Assembly: GCA_963847625.1 (NCBI GenBank)
Contig: CAWKAR010000025.1
Coordinates: forward strand, 1 to 64,000
Length of the DNA stretch: 64,000 nt
Direction: 5' to 3'
From: a candidate division FCPU426 bacterium
Lineage (GTDB): Bacteria > Oederibacteriota > Muellerivitia > Muellerivitales > Muellerivitaceae
Position 1 is the first letter of the stretch, and each line of letters opens with the position of its first letter. A model generated the notes under the pieces. It was not told where the DNA came from. It ran no database searches and saw nothing but the letters and a program-made list of their open reading frames with translations. Shown piece after piece: positions 61,792-64,000 of this stretch. Position numbers and translations under genes: made by a program.

Positions 61792-62311
61792 GTTACTCTC
61801 CTGTTCGTTTAAGGACGCTTATCTTCCCAAAAAGTGAAATACTTTTCCAGCGAAGAGTGCTGGCAAAACAAAAGGAAACCCCAATTTCCAGGTTTAAATC
61901 GAAACCACGGGCTTGCTTCATTTGGAATCACACCTGTCCAAAATAAATCTAGCCACGGATGCATGGGATTCATGGGATTTAATAAACATGAATATTTAAA
62001 GCCTTTTTTCTTTGGCCAATCTGAGTGCATGCCGAACCTCATTAAAGCTTTCAATGAAAGTTCGGTATAGTACCGATTTCCTTAATTGTTTTATTGTGAA
62101 TCGGCACATCCCCTGAATCTGTGCCGATCATCCATAAAAATTATTGGAGATCGGTACGATACCACCTTCCCTATAATCTTTTTTGAAAGGTGGCATGTGG
62201 CAAAAGACTAGGTTTTGCTTAACGCCTTTCAGACTAAAGAATTCCTGATTTTATTTATCTTTGTTCATTGGATTTTGTTTTATTTGGACAATAATGATTT
62301 GGAATCAAACT

Positions 62312-64000
62312 TTATTCGATTTTTTCGAGGTTCGCCAATTTGGCCAACAGCAGTTTTTTGCCGTGGTTGGGGAAGGACACCGTCACCTTCAGGTTCTCCC
62401 CCGAACCAGACAGGGAAATGACCATGCCCCTCCCGAATTTCTTGTGCTTGACCGTGTCCCCCAGGGCGTAAGGCGACACCGGCGGTTCGTCGTCCCACTC
62501 GGGGTCCCTCAACTCGTCGAATTCCTTCTTGGTGCCTGCCACTTCGTACATCCCGCCCTGGGTGGCCACGATCTGGGCGGCCTTTCCGGTGACCTGGATC
62601 ATGTCCTTGGGGATTTCGGAAAGGAACCGCGAGGGCGCCCGCCAATGGGCCGTTCCGTAAACGTAACGGCAGGCGGCCCCGGTCAGGTAGAGGATGTCCA
62701 TGGCCCGGGTCATCCCCACGTAGCAAAGACGCCTCTCTTCCTGGACCTCGTTATCTTCCTCCATGGAATTATTGTGGGGAAACAAGCCCTCTTCCATGCC
62801 GGTGATGAAGACGATGGGAAATTCCAGCCCTTTGGCGTTATGCATGGTCATGAGGGTCACGCAATTCGTCTTGTCCTCCAACTTGTCCACGTCGTTCACC
62901 AGGGACACCTGGTCCAGGTAACCCACCAGGGTGGGTTTTTCGGCGGATTTCTCGTAGTCCACGACCGAGTTCACCAATTCCTTGAGGTTCTCCGCCCGCA
63001 TCTTGGATTCCAGGGTATCGTCCGCCGCCAGGTCCGTCAGGTACCCGGATTTCTCCAGGACCATTTTCACGAATGCAGAGGGCTTGACCTGGTCCCTTTC
63101 GGCGATCAAGGCATCCATCATCGCCACGAAGTTGCCCAGGGCCTGCGTGGCCTTCTTGGGAAATTCCCCGCCCGCAGCGGCCTGCCGGGCTGCCTCCAGC
63201 AGGGTGATGTCCTGCCGCTTGGCGTTCTCCTCCAGCTTGGTCACGGTCCCTCCCCCGATGCCCCGGATGGGGACGTTGATCATCCTCCTGAGGGAAACGG
63301 AGTCCTGGGGATTCACCAAAACGTGCAGGTAGGCCAGCATGTCCTTGACTTCCTTGCGGTCGTAGAACTTGAGCCCCCCCACGATCACGTAGGGGATGTT
63401 GTGCCTGCGGCAGGCGTCCTCCAGCACCCGGGACTGGGCGTTGGTGCGGTAAAGAAGGGCCACGTGGCAGTATTTCCGGCCGGGCTGGCCGAGCCGCTCA
63501 TAGAGGGTCTTGACCACGAACTCGGCCTCATCCTTGTCGTCCTCGGCCTGGTAATAAATGGGCAACTCCCCCATTTCCCGGATGGCGAAAAGTTCCTTTT
63601 CCTTGCGCTGGGAGTTGTTGCGGATCACTGCCTGGGCCGCCTGGATGATGGACTTGGTGGAGCGATAGTTTTGCTGGAGCTTGAAGATCCTGGCCCCCGG
63701 GAAATCATGCTCGAATTTTAGGATGTTGCGGATATCCGCCCCCCGCCAGCCGTAAATGGACTGGTCCGGGTCCCCCACCACGCAAAGGTTGTTCAAGGGG
63801 TGGGCGATCATGGAAATCAGCTGGTACTGGGCCGTGTTGATGTCCTGGTACTCGTCCACGGAAATGTACTCGAACCTCTTGCGGTAGCCCTCCAAAACCT
63901 CCGGGTATTTCTGCAAGAGGAGCACCGCGTTGAAAAGGAGGTCGTCGAAATCCATGGCGTTGTTTTCCATGAGCTTGGCCTGGTAGCGGGGATAGATCAA
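62312..64000 (-). CDS. pcrA: ATP-dependent DNA helicase PcrA/UvrD (5' end outside the window)
   Basis: DFDDLL, VDEYQD, VVGDPDQSIYGWRGA, NYRS, TMHNAKGLEF, EERRLCYVGMTRA; C-terminal Tudor-like VKHKKFGRG. Confidence 0.96.
   Translation of the reverse strand: MIYPRYQAKLMENNAMDFDDLLFNAVLLLQKYPEVLEGYRKRFEYISVDEYQDINTAQYQLISMIAHPLNNLCVVGDPDQSIYGWRGADIRNILKFEHDFPGARIFKLQQNYRSTKSIIQAAQAVIRNNSQRKEKELFAIREMGELPIYYQAEDDKDEAEFVVKTLYERLGQPGRKYCHVALLYRTNAQSRVLEDACRRHNIPYVIVGGLKFYDRKEVKDMLAYLHVLVNPQDSVSLRRMINVPIRGIGGGTVTKLEENAKRQDITLLEAARQAAAGGEFPKKATQALGNFVAMMDALIAERDQVKPSAFVKMVLEKSGYLTDLAADDTLESKMRAENLKELVNSVVDYEKSAEKPTLVGYLDQVSLVNDVDKLEDKTNCVTLMTMHNAKGLEFPIVFITGMEEGLFPHNNSMEEDNEVQEERRLCYVGMTRAMDILYLTGAACRYVYGTAHWRAPSRFLSEIPKDMIQVTGKAAQIVATQGGMYEVAGTKKEFDELRDPEWDDEPPVSPYALGDTVKHKKFGRGMVISLSGSGENLKVTVSFPNHGKKLLLAKLANLEKIE

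Noticed and set aside
62261..63721. 486-aa plus-strand ORF
   Set aside because: Antisense to pcrA/uvrD; typical high-GC shadow ORF.
1..64000. tRNA, rRNA, prophage, cas, reverse transcriptase or restriction-modification genes
   Set aside because: None recognised on either strand by eye.

Overview
Bacterial chromosomal window, about 55% GC with AT-rich intergenic tracts, and almost all genes on the minus strand. LolA implies a diderm envelope. The left 15 kb holds two tandem giant secreted GH8 glycoside hydrolases (signal peptide, GH8, DUF11/CBM3-like modules, a 900-aa Thr/Pro linker, NHL propeller, FlgD-Ig-like tail). Their N-terminal halves are divergent but about 3 kb of 3' DNA is nearly identical, and the left copy carries two 1-bp frameshifts. 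Next come a beta-helix protein with a long Pro/Ala repeat tail, ppdK-glyS-glyQ, a cold-shock gene, a full Rrf2-sufBCDSUT operon, gntK-recO, yajQ-rodZ-lolA-ftsK, an AEC transporter with a GH2 beta-glucuronidase, and pyrE/pyrF. An operon headed by an RHH/PIN toxin-antitoxin pair runs into rmlD-B-A-C-pyrK-pyrD-rlpA. Beyond it lie an unusual 800-bp composite short-repeat locus, an intact IS30 element, a split FN3 gene, gatBAC and a partial pcrA/uvrD. Several kinds of REP-like palindromic element occur in the right 10 kb, one of them in frame inside gatB. All assignments are from motif recognition by eye; no database searches were run.
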